This document shows positions 28,841 through 38,624 of a stretch of 64,000 bases of DNA, piece after piece. Below the pieces are notes generated by a model that saw only the letters and a list, made by a program, of their open reading frames with translations, was not told where the DNA came from and did no database searches. The stretch is from a bacterium (lineage in GTDB: Bacteria; Bdellovibrionota_B; Oligoflexia; Silvanigrellales; Silvanigrellaceae): contig RGDM01000003.1 of assembly GCA_009918675.1 (NCBI GenBank), positions 7,020 through 71,019 on the forward strand, in the 5' to 3' direction. Made by a program: the position numbers and the translations under genes. Position 1 is the first letter of the stretch, and the number at the start of each line of letters is the position of its first letter.

Positions 28841-30298
28841 ATGACGAGCCCAGAGGTTCGCCCCTTTTGGTTGGTGATCGATATCCGAGCCGCGGCGTCG
28901 GAGCGACACTCGGGATTGGCACGATTTGTCATAGGCTTGTCGCGCGCGCTGGGCGAAGCGCTGACTGCCCGTCGCGCACAGAATGATTCTTTGACCGAAA
29001 ACGTGCGTGTTTTACTGATCTCAAAAATGGATCCTCCCAAGTGGGCGATTGAATTAATTCAGGAGCATCCATCCTTAGTTTCATTTTGGAGTGGAGGCCC
29101 AGGTGCGCTTGGACAAGCTTGGGACAAGCCTCAGTATTTCTGGTCAAGTCGAGTTTTGCACTGGGTTTTGAAGTGGTCGAAGGGGCGGTTTTATTGGATT
29201 GCGCCCGGTAATTTTGATCGTCCTGTGTTGAGTCGATTGCTGTTGCCGCGGAGTTTACGCGATCACATTGTGCAGGTGATTCACGACACCATTCCACTTG
29301 ATCAAGCACGTTCGATGGGATTTTTATTTCGCACGCAGTTTTCCTTGTTGGTCAAGCGTACGCTGACGAGACTCCCATTTGTATTCACAGTTTCGCAGGA
29401 TTCAGCTGAGCGTTTGGGTCGTCTTGCTCCGCGCCGGAGTCAACCAATTTACATTCTGCCCAATGGTGTTGAGCCCATTTTTGGCGCTCTGCCACGCTAC
29501 CGTTCCGTTGCTGATCTCATGAGCGCGCGTCGTTCGTTTCTGGATATTCTTTTCGCATCAATGGGCGAATCGGCAGATTCAGACGAGCGCAAGCCTACCC
29601 AAGAAGAGTTAGAAGCAATGACGCGCCGACGTTGGATTATTGGAGTCGGGCGAGCACAGAAATATAAAGGTTGGGTGCTCGCAGAGGAAGTTGTGCAGCG
29701 GCTTCATAGCGATCTCTCTGAAGGTGTTTCATTTATTCGAGTTGGTGGCGACGAAGAAGGTGATGCAACGAAGAATCAAGTGAACGCGCGCAAGACATCA
29801 TCTGAAGGCATAGCAACAGGTCATCGCGGCTTTCGCGTGCAAAGATTGCAAAATGGTCTTGTCGTCAACGTTGAGTCGCTTCCCGATGAAATGCTCGCAC
29901 AACTCTATCGTTGTGCAGATCTTTTGATCCATCCAAGTCAGGCAGAAGGCTTTGGATTTCCGCCTGTAGAAGCGGCGCTGTCTGGATTGCCCGTGGTTTA
30001 TCGCACAGGTACGGCTGTCGATGGACACTTCAAAGGACATTCCTTTCATCCGCATTTTTGGCAAGGAATTGATTCAGATGATCCGACGCAGTGGAGCAAA
30101 GCTCTTTTGTCGGTTTTGCGCGATAAGTCTGGCTTAGACAAGTTTATGGATGAGATGAGTCTTGCGATTCATCCCCGCTCGTTCATTTGCCAGCGGGGTG
30201 GTGGTCAGGATTTTCGCTGGGAACGTGCGGCGGAAAGCTTGCTCTCGGTTTTATTTGCCAATCAAGACAACAAGCGATTGGCGGAGGCCGCTGAATGA
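28841..30298 (+). CDS. Glycosyltransferase, GT-B fold (GT4/group 1-like)
   Basis: EX7E region LLIHPSQAEGFGFPPVEAALSGLPVV; 485 aa with an internal charged insert. Confidence 0.75.
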   Translation: MTSPEVRPFWLVIDIRAAASERHSGLARFVIGLSRALGEALTARRAQNDSLTENVRVLLISKMDPPKWAIELIQEHPSLVSFWSGGPGALGQAWDKPQYFWSSRVLHWVLKWSKGRFYWIAPGNFDRPVLSRLLLPRSLRDHIVQVIHDTIPLDQARSMGFLFRTQFSLLVKRTLTRLPFVFTVSQDSAERLGRLAPRRSQPIYILPNGVEPIFGALPRYRSVADLMSARRSFLDILFASMGESADSDERKPTQEELEAMTRRRWIIGVGRAQKYKGWVLAEEVVQRLHSDLSEGVSFIRVGGDEEGDATKNQVNARKTSSEGIATGHRGFRVQRLQNGLVVNVESLPDEMLAQLYRCADLLIHPSQAEGFGFPPVEAALSGLPVVYRTGTAVDGHFKGHSFHPHFWQGIDSDDPTQWSKALLSVLRDKSGLDKFMDEMSLAIHPRSFICQRGGGQDFRWERAAESLLSVLFANQDNKRLAEAAE

Positions 30299-31401
30299 GA
30301 GTTATTTTCTGGGGTCGAACTCTTCCAAAAGTTGTTGAATCTGTTGTCAACGAGCTCAGCAACGGAACGCGGAAATTGCAGATCTGCATTCAGGTTGATC
30401 CGGGCGTTCGGGCAACAGAATTTTCCTCGCCATATTTGGACGAAGTGATCCGAGAGAATGCATTCAGTTTTGATGCATTGGAGAGAAAACTTGTTGAGCG
30501 CCGCGAACCCGCGCTTTTAGTATTGGATCTGTGGGGCTTTTTGTTTGTCGAAAATATTCTCAAGCTTATCCAGGACCTTCGTCCGGCGTTTAACCTCGCG
30601 CGCAGAACACTGATTTTGATGCCAAAGACCTGGCTTGGACAGTGGGAAGAATCGGCGCCCGCGCAGTCTTTGTCGCGCGGCCATCGGCAAGACATGAATT
30701 TGTTTTTTCAGCGCCTCGTCGGTGCATTTGAAGTTTTATGGAACACCGACGGACCGGAAATTTATTGTGTGCAATCTGCGCCAACCTTCGAGTTTCTTGA
30801 GCTCGCGACGGGGCAACAAGGGCTCGTTCCGCGCAAGGTCTTGGGCGTGCACTTGATTCCCAAGGAGTGCCGGAATTTTGCAGCACGATTCACAAGTGTT
30901 GCAAAGCTAACTCACGAAGTGTTGAGCTTTTTGAATTTGCCTATTCCCGCCCCAGGAGATCAGGTCGATCGCGACGGTGCGGCGCCTTGGGTGTGTCCGG
31001 TTGATTCAGATATTATTTATGGCCCCGTCCAGCAAAGAGGCGAGGGACGCTCTGCCTTTGCAAGGCTTTCTCCTGAGTTGATTGCAGCTGGGGTGCAGAG
31101 CCGCACACCCTTGCTTGAGCAGGGATTGTTAACTCTCTCCTGCCGCTGGGATCGCTATCTGCGCATGGATGCTGCCAAACGCCAATTTTGGTCGATGCCA
31201 GCGGCAACCTTGGCACGGACGGGTGCGCTGAATTTTCCATCGCCCGAAGCTGCGGCTTGGTTGCACTTTCTTGGCACGCTCGAACAGGCCGAGACACACC
31301 AATCTTCAAAACGTGGGCAAGCCACCTCGACGTCCTCACCCTTTCCATCGATCTACCAATCCACGGTTCCAAGCAACCTTGATAACGGTGTTCTGAGTTA
31401 A
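30295..31401 (+). CDS. Hypothetical protein, translationally coupled to the glycosyltransferase
   Basis: ATGA start/stop overlap with the upstream gene. 368 aa with no motif I can name. Confidence 0.55.
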   Translation: MRVIFWGRTLPKVVESVVNELSNGTRKLQICIQVDPGVRATEFSSPYLDEVIRENAFSFDALERKLVERREPALLVLDLWGFLFVENILKLIQDLRPAFNLARRTLILMPKTWLGQWEESAPAQSLSRGHRQDMNLFFQRLVGAFEVLWNTDGPEIYCVQSAPTFEFLELATGQQGLVPRKVLGVHLIPKECRNFAARFTSVAKLTHEVLSFLNLPIPAPGDQVDRDGAAPWVCPVDSDIIYGPVQQRGEGRSAFARLSPELIAAGVQSRTPLLEQGLLTLSCRWDRYLRMDAAKRQFWSMPAATLARTGALNFPSPEAAAWLHFLGTLEQAETHQSSKRGQATSTSSPFPSIYQSTVPSNLDNGVLS

Positions 31402-31455
31402 TTTTTTAAGGTTTCATATCCGCTTTTTAGCAACGAATTGTGCATTGAAATTTAA

Positions 31456-31485
31456 AAGGGGAGTCACTCGATGTGTGCTCCCCTT
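31456..31485. terminator. Hairpin between convergent genes (possible bidirectional terminator)
   Basis: 8-bp stem AAGGGGAG/CTCCCCTT with a 14-nt loop. U-rich flank on the minus-strand (ftsZ) side, weaker on the plus side. Confidence 0.45.
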
Positions 31486-31510
31486 GTTCTTGTCCGGAAT
31501 TTACGAGTCA

Positions 31511-33370
31511 TTAGCTCAATGGACGTGTTCGTGTGTCCTCCTTGCGGCGGAGAAATGCAGGAGTTTCGAAGTCGCCTTCATCAGGTGTGATGTCGGCCAG
31601 TTCGCGAGCCAGTCGAAGAGCCTTTTCGTTCTCGTTTTCGCTCTCATCACCTGCGGTCACGAGGTTCATCGCGCTGAGTCCGTTAAAGTGGTCTTGTTTT
31701 AAATCGGCGGCTGGCCCAACGTCTGCTTGTTGTCCTGCGTTGTTGGCTTGACGAGACAACTCAAGAGTCCATTGAGTCAATTCTTCAAACTCATTCTTTC
31801 CTGAGTTCAAATTCTGACGCAACAAAGCTTCTGAATTGCCTGTTTCGCTTTCCGATTGAACGCTTGTGCGCTGTTGATTTGCTGATGTGCCCGCGCCATT
31901 CAGACCATGAGAATTGTTTGAATAGGCGTTATTTTGGCTATGGCCTGTGAAATTGTTACCGCTGCCAAATGAAGTTGTGTTCTGTGAAACAACGCCCGAA
32001 GTGTTGCCTTGGAATGCGCGCTGCTGCATGCCCTGAGCAACGTCGTGTTGAGCTCCTTGGTTTTCCGTTCTGCGCATGTTGTTCACGGGCTGACCAACCT
32101 CGTAGGGTGCGCGCAAGGAAAGGCCAGCTGCAATGGGATTGTTTCCTGTCTGCATGCCCTGATTGAGGCCACCGCCACGATTGCTTCCCATATCCGAGCG
32201 CATGCCTTGATTGAGGCCGCCACCGTGATTCATGCGTGGATCGTTTTGTGTGTTTCCATAACCAAAACCGTTGTTGCCAGGGCGTTGGTTATGAGTATTT
32301 CCATTCATTCCGTAATTTGCTGAATTTCCTGCCTGCATTCCGTTAGTCGTTTGGTAACCATATCCATTCGTGGAATTGGAATACATTTTGTTATGGGCGT
32401 CAGGGAGTGACACGCGTGCGTGATCAAATCCTGTGGCAATGACTGTCACACGCAAGGTGTCGCCCATGGACTCGTCGACAACTGAGCCAAAGATAATATT
32501 GGCATCTTCGTGAACAGCTTCTTGAATGAGAGTCGAAGCTTCACTGATTTCGTGAAGAGTCATGGCGCTGCTGCCCGTGATGTTGATAAGAATTCCAGTG
32601 GCACCTTCGATGTCGACATCTTCCAGGAGCGGCGAATTAATCGCAGCGCGAGCAGCCTCAATGGCTCGGCTTTGTCCTGTCGCGGTGCCGATTCCCATCA
32701 GTGCCATTCCCATTTCAGACATAATTGTTCGCACATCGGCAAAGTCGACGTTCACTCGGCCTGGGATATTGATGATGTCTGAAATTCCCTTGACTGCATT
32801 CAGCAGCACTTCGTCGGCCAGCTTGAAGCCATCGAGCATCGACATTTGCGGCGGTGCAATGCTGAGCAAACGTTGATTTGGAATGGTGATCAGAGTATCA
32901 ACGCACGCCTTCAAAGATTGAATGCCTTGCTCGGAATGAATCTTGCGGCGCTTGCCTTCAAACGAAAATGGTTTTGTAACAACACCCACAGTGAGAGCGC
33001 CGAGTTCACGAGCCACTTGCGCAATAATTGGCGCAGCACCTGTTCCTGTGCCACCACCCGTTCCGGCAGTCACGAAAACCATATCCGCGCCTGATAGCAC
33101 TTCTTGGATAATAGCTTTGTCTTCGAGTGCTGCATCGCGACCTACTTCGGGGTTAGCGCCAGCGCCCAAACCTTTGGTCAATTCACGACCGAGCTGAATC
33201 TTCACGGGAGCGAGATTCGATTGAAGAGCCTGCACGTCGGTGTTGGCTGCAATAAATTCAACTCCGGAAAGTCCTTGTTCAATCATTGTGTTGATTGCGT
33301 TGCCGCCAGCTCCACCGACCCCGATGACTTTAATCACTGCATTGGATGAAAAATTTTCCCGTTCAAGCAT
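31511..33370 (-). CDS. ftsZ: Cell division protein FtsZ with a ~260-aa Q/N/G/M-rich C-terminal linker
   Basis: GVGGAGGNA and GTGGGTGTGAAPIIA tubulin motifs. C-terminal peptide DFETPAFLRRKE. True start is ATG 33370 (MLERENFSS...). Confidence 0.96.
   Translation of the reverse strand: MLERENFSSNAVIKVIGVGGAGGNAINTMIEQGLSGVEFIAANTDVQALQSNLAPVKIQLGRELTKGLGAGANPEVGRDAALEDKAIIQEVLSGADMVFVTAGTGGGTGTGAAPIIAQVARELGALTVGVVTKPFSFEGKRRKIHSEQGIQSLKACVDTLITIPNQRLLSIAPPQMSMLDGFKLADEVLLNAVKGISDIINIPGRVNVDFADVRTIMSEMGMALMGIGTATGQSRAIEAARAAINSPLLEDVDIEGATGILINITGSSAMTLHEISEASTLIQEAVHEDANIIFGSVVDESMGDTLRVTVIATGFDHARVSLPDAHNKMYSNSTNGYGYQTTNGMQAGNSANYGMNGNTHNQRPGNNGFGYGNTQNDPRMNHGGGLNQGMRSDMGSNRGGGLNQGMQTGNNPIAAGLSLRAPYEVGQPVNNMRRTENQGAQHDVAQGMQQRAFQGNTSGVVSQNTTSFGSGNNFTGHSQNNAYSNNSHGLNGAGTSANQQRTSVQSESETGNSEALLRQNLNSGKNEFEELTQWTLELSRQANNAGQQADVGPAADLKQDHFNGLSAMNLVTAGDESENENEKALRLARELADITPDEGDFETPAFLRRKEDTRTRPLS
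32153..32224. repeat. Imperfect 24-nt direct repeat (21/24 identical, 48-nt period) inside the ftsZ linker
   Basis: CATGCCCTGATTGAGGCCACCGCC at 32153 and CATGCCTTGATTGAGGCCGCCACC at 32201. They encode the duplicated peptide GGGLNQGM on the minus strand. Confidence 0.8.
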
Positions 33371-33427
33371 GGTGGTTGCTCCCCTGTGCGATGACAGCAC
33401 TTCGAACTGTTAAGCGGAATGTTTTGA

Positions 33428-33457
33428 AGTATATGGGGGTGCGATTTGATGTGTAAA
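33428..33457 (-). promoter_or_regulatory. Candidate sigma-70 promoter for ftsZ
   Basis: Minus strand reads TTTACA, 18 nt, TATACT. The -10 element ends 58 nt upstream of the ftsZ ATG, inside the 241-nt ftsA-ftsZ gap. Confidence 0.3.
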
Positions 33458-33520
33458 GATTTCCGCGCTGTTCGTTGACAAAGGGGTTTGAAAATTGACT
33501 CCTACGTGTCAAATTTCTGG

Positions 33521-33552
33521 CAAAAGAAAAGCCGAACCGACACGATGGTTCG
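33521..33552 (-). terminator. Weak terminator/attenuator hairpin after ftsA
   Basis: Minus strand: CGAACC, 8-nt loop, GGTTCG, then GCTTTTCTTTTG. Confidence 0.35.
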
Positions 33553-33611
33553 ACTCAGTTCCGGAAAATCGTCTGTGCGTTCGGAAATTTTCAAGAAAAA
33601 ACTTAATTTCC

Positions 33612-34952
33612 TTAAATCTCGTTCGGTTCCTTGAGCTTGTCCCAAACTGACCGCGCCCAGGCGAAAAGTCCGCCCCGCGGCATCTTCCAGACCGAGTCGG
33701 CCTCCTCATTTGCCGACGCAAAGACGGGCGAGAGCAGGCCAATGGTTGATGTGCATAGGGGTGAACGAAGGCCTTCAGTGACACCGGTTAAATTTAGGGG
33801 GTAGCCGACTCGTGCGCTGACCCCAAAGATATCTTCGGCTATCCAACAGAGTCCTGGCATTAAAGAACCACCACCCGTGAGAACAACACCTTTGGTAATG
33901 AACTGTGTTACCTTGAGTCGCTTCAGCTCGCTGTGGATGAATCCAAAAATTTCCCGAACTCTTGGTTCAACAATATGCATCAGCTGGCCACGGGTGAATT
34001 GCCGCATACCGCCAAGGTGTTCGGCGGTTTGAAATGTAAAGGTTTCATGCGCATCTTGAGAATTGAAATAGCCCTGAGCAAAATCACGTTTAATTCGCTC
34101 AGCCTCGGTTTGGGTTGTCCGCAATCCGATGGCAATGTCTTTTGTGATGTGATGTGCACCGAATGGAAAATCTTTGCTGAAGATCGGCGTGCCCGATGAA
34201 TAAACGACAACATGAGAAAGATGTGCGCCGAAGTTAATACAAACCGATCCCATTTCGCGTTCATCTGAATCGAGTGCGGACTCCGCAGATGCCAGACTCT
34301 CGAATGCGACACTCTCTACGTGCAAACCGCCCTGATTCACAGCGCGAATGATATTTTGCAGTTCCGCATCTGGGGCAGCAATTCGGTGATAAAGAGCACC
34401 AAGAGAATTGCCGTACATACCAACAGGATTAATGATTCCGGGTCTTCCATCGACGATGTAGTGACCGGTGAGTGTGGCGATTTGTTCAAAACCTGCTTGC
34501 AGCGTGTGGCCATTTGCGAGTGCAAGTAGACGTTCACGATCAGAGCTTTTGACTTCACTCGACTTGAGGGCAATAGACTCAGTGAAATTTTCCGAGACAG
34601 CGTTTGTACTTGCAAAGCTGACGCGGGCCTCGTTTAGTTCGAGCCCTGATTGCCGTTCCACCTCATCAACAGCTTCCAGAATGGACTGAGCTATGGATTC
34701 CAAATCGACCATGGTTCCGCGGCGGATCCCGTTGTGCGGAACTTCTGCCGCAGCAAATATGTGAAACGAGCGATTTGAATGGCGCCCTGAAGTTGCCGCA
34801 TCTTCTTCACCGAAATTGTATCCGCCATGATTTGAGAAGCCACTGAGGATTTCATTTGAATCAATGTTAGCATGACCAACCACAATGCGAGTTTGTGATG
34901 CTCCAATATTCAACGCGACATTAAATTCTGAATGTGTTTTCGTCTCGGTCAT
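33612..34952 (-). CDS. ftsA: Cell division protein FtsA
   Basis: Actin-fold pattern (LNIGASQTRIVVG, VVLTGGGSLMPGL) and a C-terminal amphipathic helix GGLFAWARSVWDKLK. Position is between ftsQ and ftsZ. Confidence 0.93.
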   Translation of the reverse strand: MTETKTHSEFNVALNIGASQTRIVVGHANIDSNEILSGFSNHGGYNFGEEDAATSGRHSNRSFHIFAAAEVPHNGIRRGTMVDLESIAQSILEAVDEVERQSGLELNEARVSFASTNAVSENFTESIALKSSEVKSSDRERLLALANGHTLQAGFEQIATLTGHYIVDGRPGIINPVGMYGNSLGALYHRIAAPDAELQNIIRAVNQGGLHVESVAFESLASAESALDSDEREMGSVCINFGAHLSHVVVYSSGTPIFSKDFPFGAHHITKDIAIGLRTTQTEAERIKRDFAQGYFNSQDAHETFTFQTAEHLGGMRQFTRGQLMHIVEPRVREIFGFIHSELKRLKVTQFITKGVVLTGGGSLMPGLCWIAEDIFGVSARVGYPLNLTGVTEGLRSPLCTSTIGLLSPVFASANEEADSVWKMPRGGLFAWARSVWDKLKEPNEI

Positions 34953-36040
34953 TGCAAACCTCCGCGCTTGGTTTCCGAGACAACATCGGACATGCGAATG
35001 ACAGCTTTGTCTGAAAAGGCCAAGTCAATTTGATCTACATTTGCTTTTTTGAGTCTGAGATCTTGAAAGACTTGACTGAGTCTTTCGAATTTCTCAGAGA
35101 ACTGGCTCTCGCCCAAAATGATTGTGACCTTGTGCTGCGCTACTGGCGGACTCATGTCCACCGTCGAAGCGCTGCTTCCAATGCCATCTACAGGCGCGTG
35201 TCCAGTGTATTCTTTCATTCGGACGATTGCAGAAAACCCACTTCCAGAGCGCCAAAGCACTTTTTCAACTTCAACCGGCAATTTGTTTGCCGTGAACAGC
35301 GAAGAGATCTTCATTGCTTGCTGACTCAGCCAGCGGATATTTGCAGTTGAAATTGAAGCTGGCCGAACGAAAAGTCCGCTGTGCGCTTTCTTCTTTTCGC
35401 GCAATGCAGATATGTTTAGCTGCAAATCAGGCGCTTCAAGCAGTGGAAGGTTTCCATAATCAGTTGCGCTCAAACCACGAGCAATGATTTTGAACTTACT
35501 TCCAACAAGAATGCGTTCATTGCCTTTCCCTTCCAACACAAGAAGAGGGGCTTGAGCTGCAACATCAATGCGAAGCCGCTTGTCGAGGCCCGCACGAATG
35601 GAAACTTCGTCGACACCATCGACCATTGAAATGCGCGAGAGGAGTTTGTCGGTGAGTGCAGCACGGCTCCAATTCTCAGCGCGGGCGGTTTGGAGTGTGT
35701 CGGACGAAAGCTTTGAGATTGCGAAAAAGAGTTCGGCCCGTGGGGTGCTTATTTCTAATCTAGTAGGCAGCGATTGGGTTAATGATTCTGCTGCCTTGGT
35801 GGCTCCATAACCAACTGCCCCCAGCATCGTGAGGCTCGCTAAAACAATCATTGAAGCTTTGGGCCATTTCTTCAGAGATGCCCGCAGCGGCCAGCTTGTA
35901 AATGCGGCGATTTGAGTGCTCCAGTGTGTAAGAGCACGGAGACGCGAGCCCAGACTCGCGCTGGGTGTTCCGGCAGATGAGGGCTTGTTGCGGCGCGTTG
36001 GTTTACGACCAACGACCGCCTGCTTTTTCAGCTGAGACAT
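34949..36040 (-). CDS. ftsQ: Cell division protein FtsQ (POTRA domain)
   Basis: Basic N-terminus, one TM (MIVLASLTMLGAVGYGA), a periplasmic domain, and dcw position. 4-nt overlap with ftsA. Confidence 0.75.
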   Translation of the reverse strand: MSQLKKQAVVGRKPTRRNKPSSAGTPSASLGSRLRALTHWSTQIAAFTSWPLRASLKKWPKASMIVLASLTMLGAVGYGATKAAESLTQSLPTRLEISTPRAELFFAISKLSSDTLQTARAENWSRAALTDKLLSRISMVDGVDEVSIRAGLDKRLRIDVAAQAPLLVLEGKGNERILVGSKFKIIARGLSATDYGNLPLLEAPDLQLNISALREKKKAHSGLFVRPASISTANIRWLSQQAMKISSLFTANKLPVEVEKVLWRSGSGFSAIVRMKEYTGHAPVDGIGSSASTVDMSPPVAQHKVTIILGESQFSEKFERLSQVFQDLRLKKANVDQIDLAFSDKAVIRMSDVVSETKRGGLQ

Positions 36041-36046
36041 GAATCC

Positions 36047-37462
36047 TCACGATTTTCGCAAAGCTTCCAAGAGACGAGGTCCTACCTGCTGAACATCCCC
36101 TGCGCCCAGGGTGATGAGTAGCACACCGGTACAACCTTTCTCATCTCCATCATGCTGGCTTGCGAAGCTTGATGCGAGTGATACGGCTTGGTCGAGGTTT
36201 TGACAGGTCAAGACTGCGTCACCTCGGCCCGCAAACGATGCGCCTCGGATGGCCTGAGCAAGGCTGAGATGATCGCATCCTTCGATAGGTTTTTCACTTG
36301 CCGCGTAAACAGGAGTGACAATCACAGAGTCCGCACTGGTAAAAGATTTTGAGAATTCGACAGCCAGATGTTTGACGCGTGAATAGCGGTGCGGCTGAAA
36401 AATGGCACAGACCTTGTGGTGCGGCCAACTCTCTCGGATTCCATCGAGAACGGTGCTGATCTTTTTTGGGTTGTGGGCGTAGTCATCAACGATTGTTGTG
36501 CGGCCAACCTGTCCGAGTTGAGTAAAGCGATGAAGGACGCCTGCAAAACTAGAAATTGACTTGCACACCTGTGGTATCGGGAGCTCAAGAACAACGCCAA
36601 CCGCCAGGCTCGCAAGCGCGTTTAGAACGTTGTATCTCCCTGGCATGCTGAGCGTGATAACAGGTCCGGGCTGACCAAAAATGAGTGCTTTGAAATGGCT
36701 CACTGAGCCTTGATGTTGAATTTCAATTGCGGAAATATCCGCGCTCTGCTCGAGGCCATAAGTGATACATTTGCGGCGAATCTCAGGAAGAATCTTCCGG
36801 ACACCTGGGTCATCAACACACGCGCAAACAGCTCCGTAGAAGGGAACTTTATCCAAAAAGATTCGAAAGGCTGCGAGTATTTCCTCATAAGAGGAATAGT
36901 GGTCCATGTGATCTTTATCGATATTTGTGACCACCGCCACGGTTGGGCTGAGGCGTAGGAAGCTTCCATCACTTTCATCGGCCTCGGCAAGAAACCAATC
37001 GCCTTGACCCAGTTGAGCGTTAGAGTGAGTTGAATTGAGAATTCCGCCAATGACAACCGTGGGATCAAGGTTTGCGTCATGAAGAACATTTGCCATGATG
37101 CTCGTCGTTGTGGTTTTCCCGTGAGTTCCAGCAACAACAACCCCGTACTTGAGTCTCATGAGTTCGGCGAGCATCTCAGAGCGATGAATGATTGGGATGC
37201 GCGCCGTTTGAGCCGCTCTTATTTCTGGATTCCCTCCGTCGATGGCACTACTCACCACAACGACCTGAGCTTGAGCAACATTCTCTATTGCATGGGTAAG
37301 GTAAATTTTCGCACCCAAAGAGATCAATCTTTCAATGGTTGCAGAGCGCTTGATGTCGCTGCCGGTCACTTTGTAGCCGAGATTCAGCAAGACCTCTGCG
37401 AGTCCCGACATGCCTGAGCCGCCGATTCCAATGAAATGGATGGTGTCAATCGCCTTGAACAT
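36047..37462 (-). CDS. murC: UDP-N-acetylmuramate--L-alanine ligase
   Basis: IHFIGIGGSGMSGLAEVL and AGTHGKTTTTS motifs. True start is ATG 37462 (MFKAIDT...), overlapping the ftsW end by 17 nt. Confidence 0.93.
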   Translation of the reverse strand: MFKAIDTIHFIGIGGSGMSGLAEVLLNLGYKVTGSDIKRSATIERLISLGAKIYLTHAIENVAQAQVVVVSSAIDGGNPEIRAAQTARIPIIHRSEMLAELMRLKYGVVVAGTHGKTTTTSIMANVLHDANLDPTVVIGGILNSTHSNAQLGQGDWFLAEADESDGSFLRLSPTVAVVTNIDKDHMDHYSSYEEILAAFRIFLDKVPFYGAVCACVDDPGVRKILPEIRRKCITYGLEQSADISAIEIQHQGSVSHFKALIFGQPGPVITLSMPGRYNVLNALASLAVGVVLELPIPQVCKSISSFAGVLHRFTQLGQVGRTTIVDDYAHNPKKISTVLDGIRESWPHHKVCAIFQPHRYSRVKHLAVEFSKSFTSADSVIVTPVYAASEKPIEGCDHLSLAQAIRGASFAGRGDAVLTCQNLDQAVSLASSFASQHDGDEKGCTGVLLITLGAGDVQQVGPRLLEALRKS

Positions 37463-38624
37463 GAAGCGTGTGTCCTCCAATCTGGCGGATGTACGCTCTT
37501 GCATGGATTTGTGCCAGTAAACCCATCGCAAAAAGATTCGCGACCAGCGAGGAACCACCCGAGGAAATAAATGGCAAGGTCAGTCCTTTAGTTGGCAATA
37601 GACCTGCGCAGACACCCATGTTTACAAGTGTTGAGGCGGCGATCATGGCCAGCAAACCAGCGGTCACCATGCGTGAAAAACCATCTTGAGCAGCGAGAAG
37701 CAATTGCAGGAGTGAGTAAAAAAGCATTCCGTAGATCAGGACAATAATAAGCAGCCCGACAAATCCCATTTCCTCACCAATGACAGACAAAATAAAATCC
37801 GTATGTGCCTCGGGCAGAAAGAACAATTTTTGCTGACTGCCACCAAGGCCTTTGCCAAACAAGCCACCACTGGCAATTGCAACAAACGATTGAATCACCT
37901 GAAAACCTGAGCCAAGTGGATCGGCAAAAGGATCGAGGAAAGTCACAAGTCTTTTCATTCGGTAGGGTGCAGCCACCATAAGAACACCAATGACCGGAAT
38001 AACCGCAGCAGCCCCACCAAAGAAAAACCGTTTCGGAACACCGCAGAAAAACAACACAGCCGCGAGGCCAATTATCAAAATTAGAGAACTACCAAAATCG
38101 GGTTGCTTGAGAAGAACCGCAAAGCTGAGAAAGACGGTGGCCAATTTCCAGAGCTTGACTTTCTTTTCAGAAAGTACTTGGCAGAAGTGGAGAACACCTG
38201 CAATTTTTAAAAATTCACTCGGTTGGATCTGTATCCCATGCACAGAAATCCACCGTGCGGCTCCCAAGACCTTTTTTCCCAAACCGGGAACTAATGTTAA
38301 AGTGGTTAGGAGAATTGCGGTAAGAAAGATCCAGGAGGTCCATTTTTGTATTCTCTCAATCGGCATGCGTGCACCAATGAAGGCGGCAAGCGCACCTGGG
38401 AGAATATAAGTGAGTTGTTTCTTGGCAAAGAGAAATTCATCGCCGTATTTCTGACCCGCGTATACACTTGATGCACTGTACACGAACAGCAGGCCGAAAC
38501 TGAGTAATGCCACAACAGGAAACCAAAGTGTCTGGCCGCCATAGGCATCAAAAACACTAAAGGAAGGCGCAGTCGTCTCGTTTTGATTCGACATAAATGT
38601 CCCCTGTTCGAGAGTATGATTCAT
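37446..38624 (-). CDS. ftsW: SEDS-family lipid II flippase/peptidoglycan polymerase FtsW
   Basis: 10-TM SEDS pattern with LPEAHTDFILSVIGEE. ATGA overlap with the murD stop. Confidence 0.9.
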   Translation of the reverse strand: MNHTLEQGTFMSNQNETTAPSFSVFDAYGGQTLWFPVVALLSFGLLFVYSASSVYAGQKYGDEFLFAKKQLTYILPGALAAFIGARMPIERIQKWTSWIFLTAILLTTLTLVPGLGKKVLGAARWISVHGIQIQPSEFLKIAGVLHFCQVLSEKKVKLWKLATVFLSFAVLLKQPDFGSSLILIIGLAAVLFFCGVPKRFFFGGAAAVIPVIGVLMVAAPYRMKRLVTFLDPFADPLGSGFQVIQSFVAIASGGLFGKGLGGSQQKLFFLPEAHTDFILSVIGEEMGFVGLLIIVLIYGMLFYSLLQLLLAAQDGFSRMVTAGLLAMIAASTLVNMGVCAGLLPTKGLTLPFISSGGSSLVANLFAMGLLAQIHARAYIRQIGGHTLHVQGD

